A DNA stretch of 63,434 nt, taken from positions 1 through 63,434 of the forward strand of contig CAZQSQ010000004.1 in the NCBI GenBank assembly GCA_964596325.1, given 5' to 3'. Numbering within the stretch: position 1 is the first letter of the stretch; each line of letters begins with the position of its first letter. Origin of the DNA: an uncultured Candidatus Saccharibacteria bacterium (GTDB lineage: Bacteria > Patescibacteriota > Minisyncoccia > Minisyncoccales > JAGOPM01). Shown one piece after another: positions 1-9,962 of this stretch. The notes beneath the pieces were generated by a model. The model made no database searches. It saw nothing but the letters and a program-made list of their open reading frames with translations, and was not told the DNA's origin. The translations under genes and the position numbers were made by a program.

Positions 1-94
1 AGCGGAAATATTATCATCGGCGCCAAAAAAATTACCAACTTTTTCCAACTTGCCAACCCTTCACTTAAAGCTTCTGTTTTAACAACTGCCATAT

Positions 95-1696
95 TTACTT
101 GATTTTTATAACTTCTCTAATCAATTCAAACTTTTCGTTTGCATAAAAAATTGAGAATGACTCTCCTTTATTATCCATACCACCAACAAATAAAAGCCCT
201 TTATATTCTCCGCCAATTTGCTTATTATTTCGATAAAATTTAAAGGTCTTCATTTGACTTTCTTGATTATTGATCATTATTGGCTCCAACTTTGCAATTA
301 CCTTGTCGGTTACAGAATTATTTGTAATGATTCTCTCATTTTTTCCGGCAGCAGCAAATAATTTCCCGTTCTTATATATTGCCCTTGATTCCCATAGACT
401 AGAACCATCCATTGTAATAAGGTCTCCTCTATCTGTAAAATATCCCGAAGCGGTGCCGTTAGGCAATCTCTTCTCATTAAAATATGCTACCTCCTCTCCC
501 TTTCGCCTTAATGGTTGATTGCAAAAAATATTTTTACCATTAGGAGAAATATCGCATTGAAACGAATACAGCGCCTCTTTTTTTTCGTTAATTAGGGCTT
601 TTCCGTTTAATAGCACCCTCCCATCATCTATTTCTGCAATAGCATTGTTGTTGACAATTATATTAGAAAAATCATTAGCTCTCGGTATACTTTTCCCCTT
701 AAAATGTGTTATACAATTCTTGGTGCTTGCGTCGCATGACGTGTAATAAAAGGAGCCGTCATCAGAAAAGCCATATTCATCAAAAGCAGTATTATATTTT
801 GTATTTGGTAATTCTTTTCCATTTAATATTATTGCACCCAGCGATCTGTTATTATTTTTGTCTTTACCGTAAGATCGGTATGCGTAGTTCCTACCATCTG
901 GCGAAATAGCTATGTTAAGATGATGACCTTGAGAAAGTATCCTCTTCCCCACATACACGTCACCGCTATCGCTTGCGTATATTGGTCCCGCCCCTATTAT
1001 GAATCCGGTCAATTGCACTACATTGATACTTTTATATAATTTTTCTCTGTTGTAATACAGGGCGTAATTTGATCCCTCCTTTTTTAAGTAGGCATAACTA
1101 TTTAAATCTTTATCTGAAGTATAATCGGTTACATTATTAGTTACATTTATTTTGTTGCTTTCTATCCTTAGCAACATGTCGTTATCAGATGGGTAAAAAT
1201 ATGTATCTGCGGGAATATTATTCGAAAGAATGACCATCAATTTTTTCCCATCCCTACTAATTCTTAATTTACGAAATGACTTGAATAACGGTCCCTTTTG
1301 ACCATTAAACTCAAAATAGAAACTATCTTTGCTTTTTGTGTCTCGACATTTTTTTACATAATAATCGCCAACAGAACTATCAATAAGGCCCCGATCATCC
1401 TTCGTAATGATTTCGCAATTAAAATCACGGCCATTAATATAAGTCCACTTTTCATCGTAATAGCCTTCCTTTCCATGATAAGTCAAAATATATGGTATTA
1501 CTTCGCCACCCTTTCCCCCACTTAAACATAATGGTGGATCTGTCATAAAATTGTAAGCATTCTTATTCTTGAGGTTAAATAATAAATATTTTCCTGGCAT
1601 TAACCTTGTTGTTTCCTGACAAAACTTTTCCGCTTTCGAAATAAATGGGATAAAAAGTACCAATAATAACAATAAATATAATATTTTATTTTTCAT
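95..1696 (-). CDS. Secreted repeat protein, probable beta-propeller (PD40/TolB-like)
   Basis: Signal peptide (MKNKILYLLLLLVLFIPFISKA); repeated 'ISxDG' and 'lNGk' blade-like units; paralog of 1698-3269. Confidence 0.55.
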   Translation of the reverse strand: MKNKILYLLLLLVLFIPFISKAEKFCQETTRLMPGKYLLFNLKNKNAYNFMTDPPLCLSGGKGGEVIPYILTYHGKEGYYDEKWTYINGRDFNCEIITKDDRGLIDSSVGDYYVKKCRDTKSKDSFYFEFNGQKGPLFKSFRKLRISRDGKKLMVILSNNIPADTYFYPSDNDMLLRIESNKINVTNNVTDYTSDKDLNSYAYLKKEGSNYALYYNREKLYKSINVVQLTGFIIGAGPIYASDSGDVYVGKRILSQGHHLNIAISPDGRNYAYRSYGKDKNNNRSLGAIILNGKELPNTKYNTAFDEYGFSDDGSFYYTSCDASTKNCITHFKGKSIPRANDFSNIIVNNNAIAEIDDGRVLLNGKALINEKKEALYSFQCDISPNGKNIFCNQPLRRKGEEVAYFNEKRLPNGTASGYFTDRGDLITMDGSSLWESRAIYKNGKLFAAAGKNERIITNNSVTDKVIAKLEPIMINNQESQMKTFKFYRNNKQIGGEYKGLLFVGGMDNKGESFSIFYANEKFELIREVIKIK

Positions 1697-1697
1697 A

Positions 1698-3269
1698 TTA
1701 CTTGTTTATTTTAATAACATCCTTAAAAACTTTGCCTTTTTGCAAAAAGATAACTACTAAATATTTGCCATCGTCCGTCAAATTAGCCTCATTATTTTTT
1801 GGGTATATTTTACCAATCTGGGTTTTACCACTAAAGAATCTAGTTTCATCATTATTTACTGACTGCCGGCCAATTATGTACTTTGCATATGAGGAATTAG
1901 AATAAATTAATTCATTATCGTTGCTTGCGGTAACAATCAATTTACTATTTTTATATAGTCCTCTTGTACCATTTTTATTATCTGAAACAACAATGATCCC
2001 TCCATCGCTCGAAAATCCTGCCTGCCTTAAGCCTACCGGAAGTTTATTATTATTAATATATGCATTCTTGACGTCTTGAGAATAAAATGCGTCAGCAAAG
2101 TATACATTGCGGCCATCATCAGATAATTCAAAATAATATTTATTTGGCAATAGCTCAACATATATCTTACCCATTCTCGCTCCGTTGAGTATAATTTCAC
2201 TGTATTTTTCGTTTTGCACCGTCAAACCAGATACTAATAGTGCAAATCCTTTAGAATTTGCAATCACTTTTACAATGCCCTCATTACCAATTTCAACCTT
2301 TTTGCCATAACACTCAAAGTAACGCCGCCCATTCAATCGAGAAACATAACAAAATTTTCCGTTGTCGGAAAATATGAAAGGGTCAGTCTCACTATCTAAT
2401 GAACCGGTATTTTTAAGTTCTTTCCCGTCTAAAAAAATATTATTATTCCCAGGCTTTTTATCGCAATTCGGGTCCCGGTCATCTCGATACGCAATACTCT
2501 TCCAATTCGGAGAAAATACTATCACTCTGTCAAAGCAAGTATTATTATCTTGCAATGAATTGCCAATATAGAAGACATTTCCTTCGATTTTTGCCATCGT
2601 CCGATAAACCGGACCCCTGCCGGAAATAAAACCGGCAAACCCAGAAAACATTGGGAATGGTCCGTTTTTTACGCCCTTATAATTAACAAAATAATTCCCT
2701 TGCTCGAAATAAGCATAAGCGTAATCTAATAAATTAGTATCTGCCGCGAAATACCAAACGTTGCTTGCCAATACCATATTTTTATCACCTATCAAGATTA
2801 GACTGCCAAATGAATCACCATTAGTAATGATGGCCATCATCCTTTTACCGTCACCACTTATCTTAAGACCTTTGAACTCTTTGAACTCTTGGCTTCTGTG
2901 ACCATTAAAGTCAAAATAATATTTATCGCGAGAATTTTTGGCAGGACACATCTTGGCGTAATACTTTTTGTCGCGATCATACTCGTCAAAAATGGCCTTA
3001 CAGCCATCTTTTTTCCCATCAAAAAAATATCCTTCGCCATGCTCATCCTGGTTGTACCCATTCATCATGTAGGTTAACTCAAACAATCCGGAATTATTAG
3101 GTGAGAGGCACCATTCTCTCGGAATAACACTAATATTTTCACTATACTCCGCCAAGATATATCTACCTTCTCTGGGTAGCGACTTCAGTGGGCATGTTTC
3201 ATATCCATAAGCTAAAATTGGAAATAGTATCGAGAGAATGATAAATACAGATATTCTTTTTATTATCAT
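1698..3269 (-). CDS. Secreted repeat protein, probable beta-propeller (paralog of 95-1696)
   Basis: Signal peptide; YYAKMCPAKNSRDKYYFDFNGHRSQEFKEFKGLKISGDGKRMM aligns with YYVKKCRDTKSKDSFYFEFNGQKGPLFKSFRKLRISRDGKKLM of the neighbour; FSPNW/FSDNG/FSSDG repeats. Confidence 0.55.
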   Translation of the reverse strand: MIIKRISVFIILSILFPILAYGYETCPLKSLPREGRYILAEYSENISVIPREWCLSPNNSGLFELTYMMNGYNQDEHGEGYFFDGKKDGCKAIFDEYDRDKKYYAKMCPAKNSRDKYYFDFNGHRSQEFKEFKGLKISGDGKRMMAIITNGDSFGSLILIGDKNMVLASNVWYFAADTNLLDYAYAYFEQGNYFVNYKGVKNGPFPMFSGFAGFISGRGPVYRTMAKIEGNVFYIGNSLQDNNTCFDRVIVFSPNWKSIAYRDDRDPNCDKKPGNNNIFLDGKELKNTGSLDSETDPFIFSDNGKFCYVSRLNGRRYFECYGKKVEIGNEGIVKVIANSKGFALLVSGLTVQNEKYSEIILNGARMGKIYVELLPNKYYFELSDDGRNVYFADAFYSQDVKNAYINNNKLPVGLRQAGFSSDGGIIVVSDNKNGTRGLYKNSKLIVTASNDNELIYSNSSYAKYIIGRQSVNNDETRFFSGKTQIGKIYPKNNEANLTDDGKYLVVIFLQKGKVFKDVIKINK

Positions 3270-3274
3270 ATTAA

Positions 3275-4999
3275 CTATTTGATTTTCGTTTCCCTTTCTT
3301 TTTTAGCGTAATAGGTATGCAAAATCTTTTTGCGATTGGCTTCTTCTTTCAAATACCCATCATAGAGCATTTGCACATCTGGGTTTTTATGGGCCGAGCG
3401 CACCGGGCAGGTATTATCCGCCAATTTCAAAGCCTCGATCCGCGCTTTGCGGATTTTGGGGCTAACGGGCAGCGGGTTGCCTCCCCCGCCAATACAGCCG
3501 TCATGGCAGGCCATAAACTCCACGTAGTGATATAACCCGGGATTGTTTTTTATCTCCTCCAAAACCTGCACTGCGCTTTCCATGGTATTAACCGCACAGG
3601 CCCGCAGTTCAACCTTACCGGCTTTGGCCTTACAAACATAACAATTTTTAATTTTGGCGTGAGGCACGAACTTGAAATCTTTTAACTCCTTGCCGGCCAA
3701 AATCTCATAAGCGGTCCGGAAAGCTGATTCGGTCACACCTCCGGAGCGGCCATAAATTACACCCGCCCCCGACGGCCGACAAAGTTCAGAAAGCGCCTCA
3801 TCCGGGGCAATCTTGCGCAAATCAACATGATTTTTCTTAAAAACCCACGCCAATTCCCGGGTAGTCAGAACATAATCAACCGGCGCAATCCCATCAACGG
3901 CCAATTCGGGTCTTTTAATCTCATATTTTTTGGCCACACAAGGCATAACTGTAACCACGCTCACCGCCTTAGGGCTTAAACCATTTTTGGTCGCCCAATA
4001 ATTTTTCAAAAGCCCTCCCAACATTATTTGCGGACTGCGTGCACTGGTAAAATTTGGTATCCATTGTGGCGCGTAAAATTCCACCCACTTAACCCACGCC
4101 GGGCAGCAGGAGGAAAACATGGGCAAATTTTTATTTTCTTTGATGCGGCCCACCAGTTCATTAACCTCTTCGATCGTGGTCACATCCGCTCCCGAGCTTA
4201 CATCAAAAACATTTTTAATGCCCATCTTTTTTAAGCCAGAAATTATATGGCCGGTTACTAGGCTGCCATGGGGCAGATTAAAAAGTTCTCCGATAGTGGC
4301 CCTAATGGCTGGGGCAAAAGCCACCAAAACAACTTTGTCTTTTTCTTTCAAAAAATCTTCGCTGTTTTCAAATTCCCCTCCCCCTTCAATAGCGCCCACC
4401 GGGCAATGAACAATGCACTGGCCGCAATAAATGCAATCGCGTTTGCTGTCTTTAGTGGGGCAAACTTCAAAAAAATCTTCCCGCTTTTCGATATCATAAA
4501 AGCCGACCTGCTGGCGTTGGCACATTTCTACGCAATTATGGCAATCTATACACTTATCTTGGTCAAAATGGATACTGGGACCAAAATCATAAATCGTATT
4601 TTTTTTCTTGCGCAGCGGATATTTGTTTATCTTGGCCCCAAATTGCTTGGCATAATTCAATAAGACGCAACGGCCGCGCAAAATGCAATCATGGCATTCG
4701 ATTTTATGTTGGCCTAAAATCAATTCCAAATTTTGACGGCGCAAATGGTAAACTTGGGGTGTCTGGTAATGCACCACCATACCCTCTTTTGCCTCAACCG
4801 AGCAGGAAGTATGCACGCCTTTTTGCCCTTCAATTTCCACCAAACAAAGCCGGCAATTAGCCTTTACGCATAAATCATCGTGCTGGCAAAGCCCGGGAAT
4901 ATTAATGCCATTATCCCGCGCCACCTCAAAAATAGTCCGGCCGGGGGCGGTTTCGATTACTTTCTTGCCTATTGTGATTTTTATCTTGTCCTTACTCAT
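3275..4999 (-). CDS. hydA: [FeFe]-hydrogenase catalytic subunit (group A, HydA type)
   Basis: N-terminal 2Fe-2S (IPGLC..CRLC..TSC), His-ligated cluster (HKIECHDC..C), two 4Fe-4S (CIDCHNCVEMC, CIYCGQCIVHCP); H-cluster motifs FSSCCPAW, MPCVAKKYE, EFMACHDGCIGGGG. Confidence 0.93.
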   Translation of the reverse strand: MSKDKIKITIGKKVIETAPGRTIFEVARDNGINIPGLCQHDDLCVKANCRLCLVEIEGQKGVHTSCSVEAKEGMVVHYQTPQVYHLRRQNLELILGQHKIECHDCILRGRCVLLNYAKQFGAKINKYPLRKKKNTIYDFGPSIHFDQDKCIDCHNCVEMCQRQQVGFYDIEKREDFFEVCPTKDSKRDCIYCGQCIVHCPVGAIEGGGEFENSEDFLKEKDKVVLVAFAPAIRATIGELFNLPHGSLVTGHIISGLKKMGIKNVFDVSSGADVTTIEEVNELVGRIKENKNLPMFSSCCPAWVKWVEFYAPQWIPNFTSARSPQIMLGGLLKNYWATKNGLSPKAVSVVTVMPCVAKKYEIKRPELAVDGIAPVDYVLTTRELAWVFKKNHVDLRKIAPDEALSELCRPSGAGVIYGRSGGVTESAFRTAYEILAGKELKDFKFVPHAKIKNCYVCKAKAGKVELRACAVNTMESAVQVLEEIKNNPGLYHYVEFMACHDGCIGGGGNPLPVSPKIRKARIEALKLADNTCPVRSAHKNPDVQMLYDGYLKEEANRKKILHTYYAKKERETKIK

Positions 5000-7145
5000 T
5001 TATTTGTTGTTCATTCTTAGGGGCTGGCCAAATTTTGCCTAGTTCGGCGGCTGCACTTTGAATATTCCGTAAATTAATCCCATCACTGAGCTTTTCTTTA
5101 GCTACTTCCCAAACTGCCCGCCCTTTTTGTAAATTTTCCCCCAATGCATTACCCTTTAAGGCCTCTATTTTTGCCAAAAATGCGCGATATTGAGCATTTT
5201 TAGACTTGTCTTTAGATACGCTTATAGCCAAATCAATCCCAATTTTAGCCTTATCGGCGTCGCCTTCTTTTAAGAAAAAATCAGCGACTTTTTTATAAAT
5301 GTCTTCAGAAAAAATTGTTCCCGCATGTAAAACATCATCATAATATTTTTTCGCAGATGCAATATCTCCACTTTTCTCTGATGCATTGGCTGCAAGCAAT
5401 ACAGCTCTGTAATTGTCAGGGTCAGCTTCTAAAGATTTTTCCAAAATCTCTTTTGCCCTTACTGTTTGCCCAAAACTATCAGCCACTTGGGCAAAAATGG
5501 AATTGGCCTGCGGATCTTTTCCAAACTTAATTAAAGCACTATCAAGCATCTCTCTGGCCTTATCCGGACTCTCGTAGTCATTCGTGCCCACTATCAAGCG
5601 TGCGGCAAGAACAGGGTCGCTCGGGTCTGCATCCGAAGCCCTTTTTCTCAGGGCAAGAGCTCTTGTGGTATCTATGCTTAAATATTCAACAGCCACATTA
5701 TTTGCCACGGCCGCGAGCAAACTATTCTCCGCCGGAGCTACATGAAGGAATTCCTGCCCATATCGAAAACTAACACCTTGTTTGGATTTACCCGAAGCAA
5801 TATTGATAATATCCTGCAATTCTACTTTACTGCCATCGGGTTTTGTTCCAAATATTCGTCCACCACTAAGCTGAGAAGGAAGAGAAGTATCTGTATTTTC
5901 AACCAACCAAACTCGCCCCTCTTTGGTAGATATAATGGAAAGAACATGACCCGGAATATGCACGAGAGCATTATCAATTCCGGCCTCTTTCATTATTTGG
6001 CCAAAAAGTGCAGTTTTACCAAGACAATTTTGCGCCCTTAACTCACTAATTTTTTGCGGGGTATCGCTTTGGGGCTCAAAATCTAAAGTCCCGATTAATT
6101 TTTTGATATTACTCGCAAAGTCCAATTCGTCTGCGCCGGCGATATCTTCGGGAAAAGAGGACCTTTTCAAATCTTGTTTGATACGCTCGCGGAAATTTTT
6201 TACATCCACCAACTCCTCTATAGGGGCTCGGCGTTCAAAATAATATTCAAGCACATTAGCGGTTTCTGAATTATTCCCGCCAATTCCGGCCAATTCCTTT
6301 TTAAGCAACCCCTTATAGCCACCCTCTTGAATGGCTATTTCTAAATCCTGATAAGCGCGTTCCACTTCCCTGCCCAAATTACCCTGCGCCTTGGCATAAA
6401 AACGCTGCGCAACGGAGGGCGCTTCTTTCGAGTTAATTCTTTCTGAATTTTGGCGGCCGCCTTTTTCGGCCAAATGGAAATACTGTGCTAAAGTTTCCAA
6501 ACGCTTCACCTCCAAAGCCTCCTCTTGTAACTCTTTGGGCAGAACCTCAATGGCTGCTGTACGCTTTTTATAGAGATCCTCTCCGGCTAGCCATTTATCA
6601 AGATGCTTAGTTTCCTGGTCGCTTAAGGGTATCTCGGCAATAATCTTAAGCCACTCGTTATTATCTTCGGCAGAAAGCGGCCGAACCATTTCCTCCCCCA
6701 GAGCCTTCTGTCCGTATTCAAAAAACTCTTCCGCCGTCTTTTCGGCCATGCCGCGGCCATTGCCGATATTTTCCGCGCGCTTAGCGATATAAACTCCAGC
6801 ATTGCGGAAATTCTCGCCATATTCACGAACTTGTTCCTGCCACTGCTCCTGCATTTCGGGATCGCCTTCATAAACATCTAAAGCGACCTTCCCGGTAATT
6901 TTGGGCATTTCGTAAAACTTCATGTCGCGGGGCACATGCAAAACTTTTCTCTCACCCTCCAGTGAAATTGGCTGTTCCTTATATTCTTTTTCCCATTGGG
7001 CCCGCTCCAAAACATCCAGCTCCACATAGCTGTTTATCCTGCACCAATCCTCCATCAAATAGCGGGAAAATGGCTGGGATAATAATTCCCTTTCAGCCAC
7101 CTTCTCCATTCCCAAACCGATTTTTTGTTCAGGTTTTTGTTCCAT
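4992..7145 (-). CDS. Protein with a central transglutaminase/papain-like Cys-His motif and C-terminal TPR repeats
   Basis: NCLGKTALF..GHVLSII..WLVENT; TPR-like helices (A..ILEKSLEADPDNYRA, AKKYYDDVL); charged N-terminus. Confidence 0.55.
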   Translation of the reverse strand: MEQKPEQKIGLGMEKVAERELLSQPFSRYLMEDWCRINSYVELDVLERAQWEKEYKEQPISLEGERKVLHVPRDMKFYEMPKITGKVALDVYEGDPEMQEQWQEQVREYGENFRNAGVYIAKRAENIGNGRGMAEKTAEEFFEYGQKALGEEMVRPLSAEDNNEWLKIIAEIPLSDQETKHLDKWLAGEDLYKKRTAAIEVLPKELQEEALEVKRLETLAQYFHLAEKGGRQNSERINSKEAPSVAQRFYAKAQGNLGREVERAYQDLEIAIQEGGYKGLLKKELAGIGGNNSETANVLEYYFERRAPIEELVDVKNFRERIKQDLKRSSFPEDIAGADELDFASNIKKLIGTLDFEPQSDTPQKISELRAQNCLGKTALFGQIMKEAGIDNALVHIPGHVLSIISTKEGRVWLVENTDTSLPSQLSGGRIFGTKPDGSKVELQDIINIASGKSKQGVSFRYGQEFLHVAPAENSLLAAVANNVAVEYLSIDTTRALALRKRASDADPSDPVLAARLIVGTNDYESPDKAREMLDSALIKFGKDPQANSIFAQVADSFGQTVRAKEILEKSLEADPDNYRAVLLAANASEKSGDIASAKKYYDDVLHAGTIFSEDIYKKVADFFLKEGDADKAKIGIDLAISVSKDKSKNAQYRAFLAKIEALKGNALGENLQKGRAVWEVAKEKLSDGINLRNIQSAAAELGKIWPAPKNEQQINE

Positions 7146-8132
7146 TTACTTTTTCATCACCTTGCGCAATAGCCCACGGAAAGGCAAAGGCATGCCCCTG
7201 CCCAAAGGGCAGAAACTAGCTTTCTCCAAAGTGTCCAACATTTTATAAAATTCCGGATAATCAATTTTATTGCTCAAAACCATTTCCAAAATCCGGTGCG
7301 CACCCTCGCGGCAAGGCGTGCATTTATCGCAATTCTCATTGGTAAAAAACTGCGCCCATTCCTGCATCAAAAATATCGGGTCGGTCTTTTTCTTGCTGAA
7401 AACCACTATAGCCCCGGCACCTTCCACCAATTTATTGACCAATTCCTCTTTAAGATAAATTGCCCCGCTGGCCCCGCCGCCGCACTGGATAAAAAAGTCT
7501 TCATCCAACCAATTACCCGTCTGGCTTAAAATCTGTTTAATGGGCATATTCAGTTCCACTTCATAAACGCCAGGATTGGGAATATCTCCGGAAATGGTGG
7601 CAAAGCGCGTATTTTTATATTCGCCTTTGGCAATTTTGGAAACGCAATAAAATGTCTCGATATTATTTATCAAGGTTGGCTGCCCAAAAAGACCGCAAGT
7701 GGTCGGATAAGGCGGTTTAAGCCTTGGTTCTTGGAACTTGCCTTCAATAGTATTGAGCATGGCCGTCTCCTCTCCCCCGATGTAGTAACCTTCTTTGCGG
7801 AATTGCTTGATAGGCAAATTGCCAATATAGCGGTGCAGGTGTTGGGAATAGGAATGGAAGTAATCGTGGTTCAAATAAATATAAGCTTCGCTCTTGCCTA
7901 AAAATTCCAAAGCGATTTTAAGGCCGTTTATCAAATCTTCCGGATGGTTCTCGATGATGAATTTATCTTTGGCTACTTTAGGCTCGCCTTCACTGCCATT
8001 AGCGACAATATATTTATAATCAGCCTTGGCTTCTTTAACCATCTGCCATTTTTGCCAAACAGGAAAACCCGCCCCTCCCCGGCCGCGCAAATCCGCTTTC
8101 TTTAGTTTTTCAATAATTGAGCCTCCAAACAT
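7146..8132 (-). CDS. NuoF/HydB-like NADH-binding flavoprotein (minimal: FMN + SLBB + one 4Fe-4S)
   Basis: LRGRGGAGFP, NGSEGEP, YIGGEETAM, GLFGQPTLINNIET, ENCDKCTPCREG..FCPLG. Confidence 0.9.
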   Translation of the reverse strand: MFGGSIIEKLKKADLRGRGGAGFPVWQKWQMVKEAKADYKYIVANGSEGEPKVAKDKFIIENHPEDLINGLKIALEFLGKSEAYIYLNHDYFHSYSQHLHRYIGNLPIKQFRKEGYYIGGEETAMLNTIEGKFQEPRLKPPYPTTCGLFGQPTLINNIETFYCVSKIAKGEYKNTRFATISGDIPNPGVYEVELNMPIKQILSQTGNWLDEDFFIQCGGGASGAIYLKEELVNKLVEGAGAIVVFSKKKTDPIFLMQEWAQFFTNENCDKCTPCREGAHRILEMVLSNKIDYPEFYKMLDTLEKASFCPLGRGMPLPFRGLLRKVMKK

Positions 8133-8168
8133 ACAAAATAAAATGCCTGATATCTAATTATTTTCGCT

Positions 8169-8864
8169 TCATTCGCCTTCACTGATTGATTGCTCTGCCT
8201 CTTCCAGCTGCTTCTTTTTTTCTTTTTCCTCTTTTTCCTTTTTCTTCTGGAGATCACCCTCCCTGTCTTCTACCTGCTTGCCTTGCGCAATTTCTTTAGC
8301 CACAGTTTCGAACAGTTTGGCTCGCGACATTACTTGGCCTTTATAGAGCGGCGCCGTGGCATCAGCCCATTCCAAATGCCGGCTTAAAATCGGATTAATT
8401 TTACTCCTCAAATCATTATTGGTTGTCCGGCTGCCGTAATAACTGGCCACCCCCTCTTTAATCGACGAGGCGAGGTCTACCTGCCCTTCTGGGCCGCGCA
8501 CCAAGCTTGAACCGATATTGCGTGAAATTTCCCGGATAAGCTCATCATTGGGCACGAAGCTCTTGGCTTCTTCGGGTGAAGTTTTTTTGGCCTCGGCAAA
8601 AAATTCCAACATAAATTTGCGCACAGCTTTGGCCGCCTCTTTTTTGACAATGGGTGTGCCAAGCATCTCATTTCCCGGCTCTTTGGCTAGCGAATCTAAA
8701 TGGTCGGAAAAGGCCCTTTTATTCATGGACTTCATTTCAATGTAGGAAAAATCCAATTTCTCGGGCTTCTCTATTATAGCCCCATCCTCCTCAATCGCCC
8801 GGGCCGCTGGTTCCTTTTTATTAGCATTAGGTTCCATAGTTTTTCTGATTAAATTCCAAAACAC
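8169..8864 (-). CDS. Hypothetical charged protein
   Basis: 231-aa ORF co-oriented with and 36 nt upstream of the NuoF-like gene; the start may be the internal MEPNANK. Confidence 0.6.
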   Translation of the reverse strand: MFWNLIRKTMEPNANKKEPAARAIEEDGAIIEKPEKLDFSYIEMKSMNKRAFSDHLDSLAKEPGNEMLGTPIVKKEAAKAVRKFMLEFFAEAKKTSPEEAKSFVPNDELIREISRNIGSSLVRGPEGQVDLASSIKEGVASYYGSRTTNNDLRSKINPILSRHLEWADATAPLYKGQVMSRAKLFETVAKEIAQGKQVEDREGDLQKKKEKEEKEKKKQLEEAEQSISEGE

Positions 8865-8965
8865 GCAAACCTTTTGCGCTTTCCTCTAAATTATACAAAA
8901 ATTGCCCGGGCTCTGCTAATTTTTTTTCAACAGTCAACAGGCAAAAAGTTAAAAATAATATCTCA

Positions 8966-8994
8966 TTGACAAATTTATAAAAAAATATTATAAT
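8966..8994 (+). promoter_or_regulatory. Consensus sigma70 promoter
   Basis: TTGACA-N17-TATAAT followed by AAGGAGG and a TTG start at 9027. Confidence 0.8.
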
Positions 8995-9026
8995 TTTTTA
9001 CATTAAAAACTGCAAGGAGGATAAAT

Positions 9027-9872
9027 TTGATACAAGAGATAGTCGAAAAAACACTTTTAGCCGCCCAAACCAGCTTGGCAAGATTAGGGCCGAGCGGGCT
9101 AACACCCAAAGAAAAAAATCGATTCGGCGAAACATGTTTGCAGGCTGATTGGGAGTGCGAAGAAGCCGTTATCAATTGTTTGAGGCGGGAAAATTTTGCC
9201 GCCAGAATCATCAGCGAAGAACACGGCACCATTGATCTTACGCCTAATCCTTTTTATACCTGCATACTCGATGGGCTGGATGGTACGCGCCAATACCAGG
9301 CTAATCGCAAAAAAGGGATTTATGGCACCATCTTGGGCATTTTCCACGGCCTTGACCCTCACTACAATGATTACGCGGCCGGCGGAGCAATAATCCATAG
9401 CCAAAATACCCTTATTACGTATGTAAAAAACGAAGGTGTGGACGTCTGCCGTCAAATGCTTACCAAAAACCACTACAATACTCCCCCGCTTATAGTCGAT
9501 TCCCTCAGCGAGCTGGTCAGCCGACAGAGGCCAATTTTTGTCGATGAGCCATGGGAAGCCAACCAAATCGCTTTTGCCAGACCCCTCAAAAAAAGAGGAT
9601 ATACGATTAATGATCTAGGGAGCTCTACTGCTTCTTACGCAGCCATTGCCTTGGGCGAGGCTGACCTGGTGCTGGAATGCACGCGCAAAGATAATCTCGA
9701 AATCGCGGCATTCTACGGCCTTATTACCGAGCTTCAAGGCCTGATGGTTACTCTAGATGGCCAACCGCTCGGAGAACAGAAATACAAAAAGTTCGGGCAA
9801 AAAGACCACATTCCGATTATCACCTGTACCAATAAAAGCCTTTTATATGAGCTCCTTTGGGCAATCACTTAA
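9027..9872 (+). CDS. Inositol monophosphatase/FBPase-like family phosphatase
   Basis: IISEEHG, ILDGLDGT (DPxDGT variant), EIAA..VTLDG. Confidence 0.8.
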   Translation: MIQEIVEKTLLAAQTSLARLGPSGLTPKEKNRFGETCLQADWECEEAVINCLRRENFAARIISEEHGTIDLTPNPFYTCILDGLDGTRQYQANRKKGIYGTILGIFHGLDPHYNDYAAGGAIIHSQNTLITYVKNEGVDVCRQMLTKNHYNTPPLIVDSLSELVSRQRPIFVDEPWEANQIAFARPLKKRGYTINDLGSSTASYAAIALGEADLVLECTRKDNLEIAAFYGLITELQGLMVTLDGQPLGEQKYKKFGQKDHIPIITCTNKSLLYELLWAIT

Positions 9873-9895
9873 TCCACAATCACTGTGGATTTTTT
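9871..9895 (+). terminator. Intrinsic terminator
   Basis: aatccaca/tgtggatt hairpin plus T-tract. Confidence 0.6.
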
Positions 9896-9962
9896 AGTTG
9901 ACGACCTATTTTACGGTGGTAAAATAGTTTAGCTCAAGAAAAATCTTTATAAGGAGGTAAAG

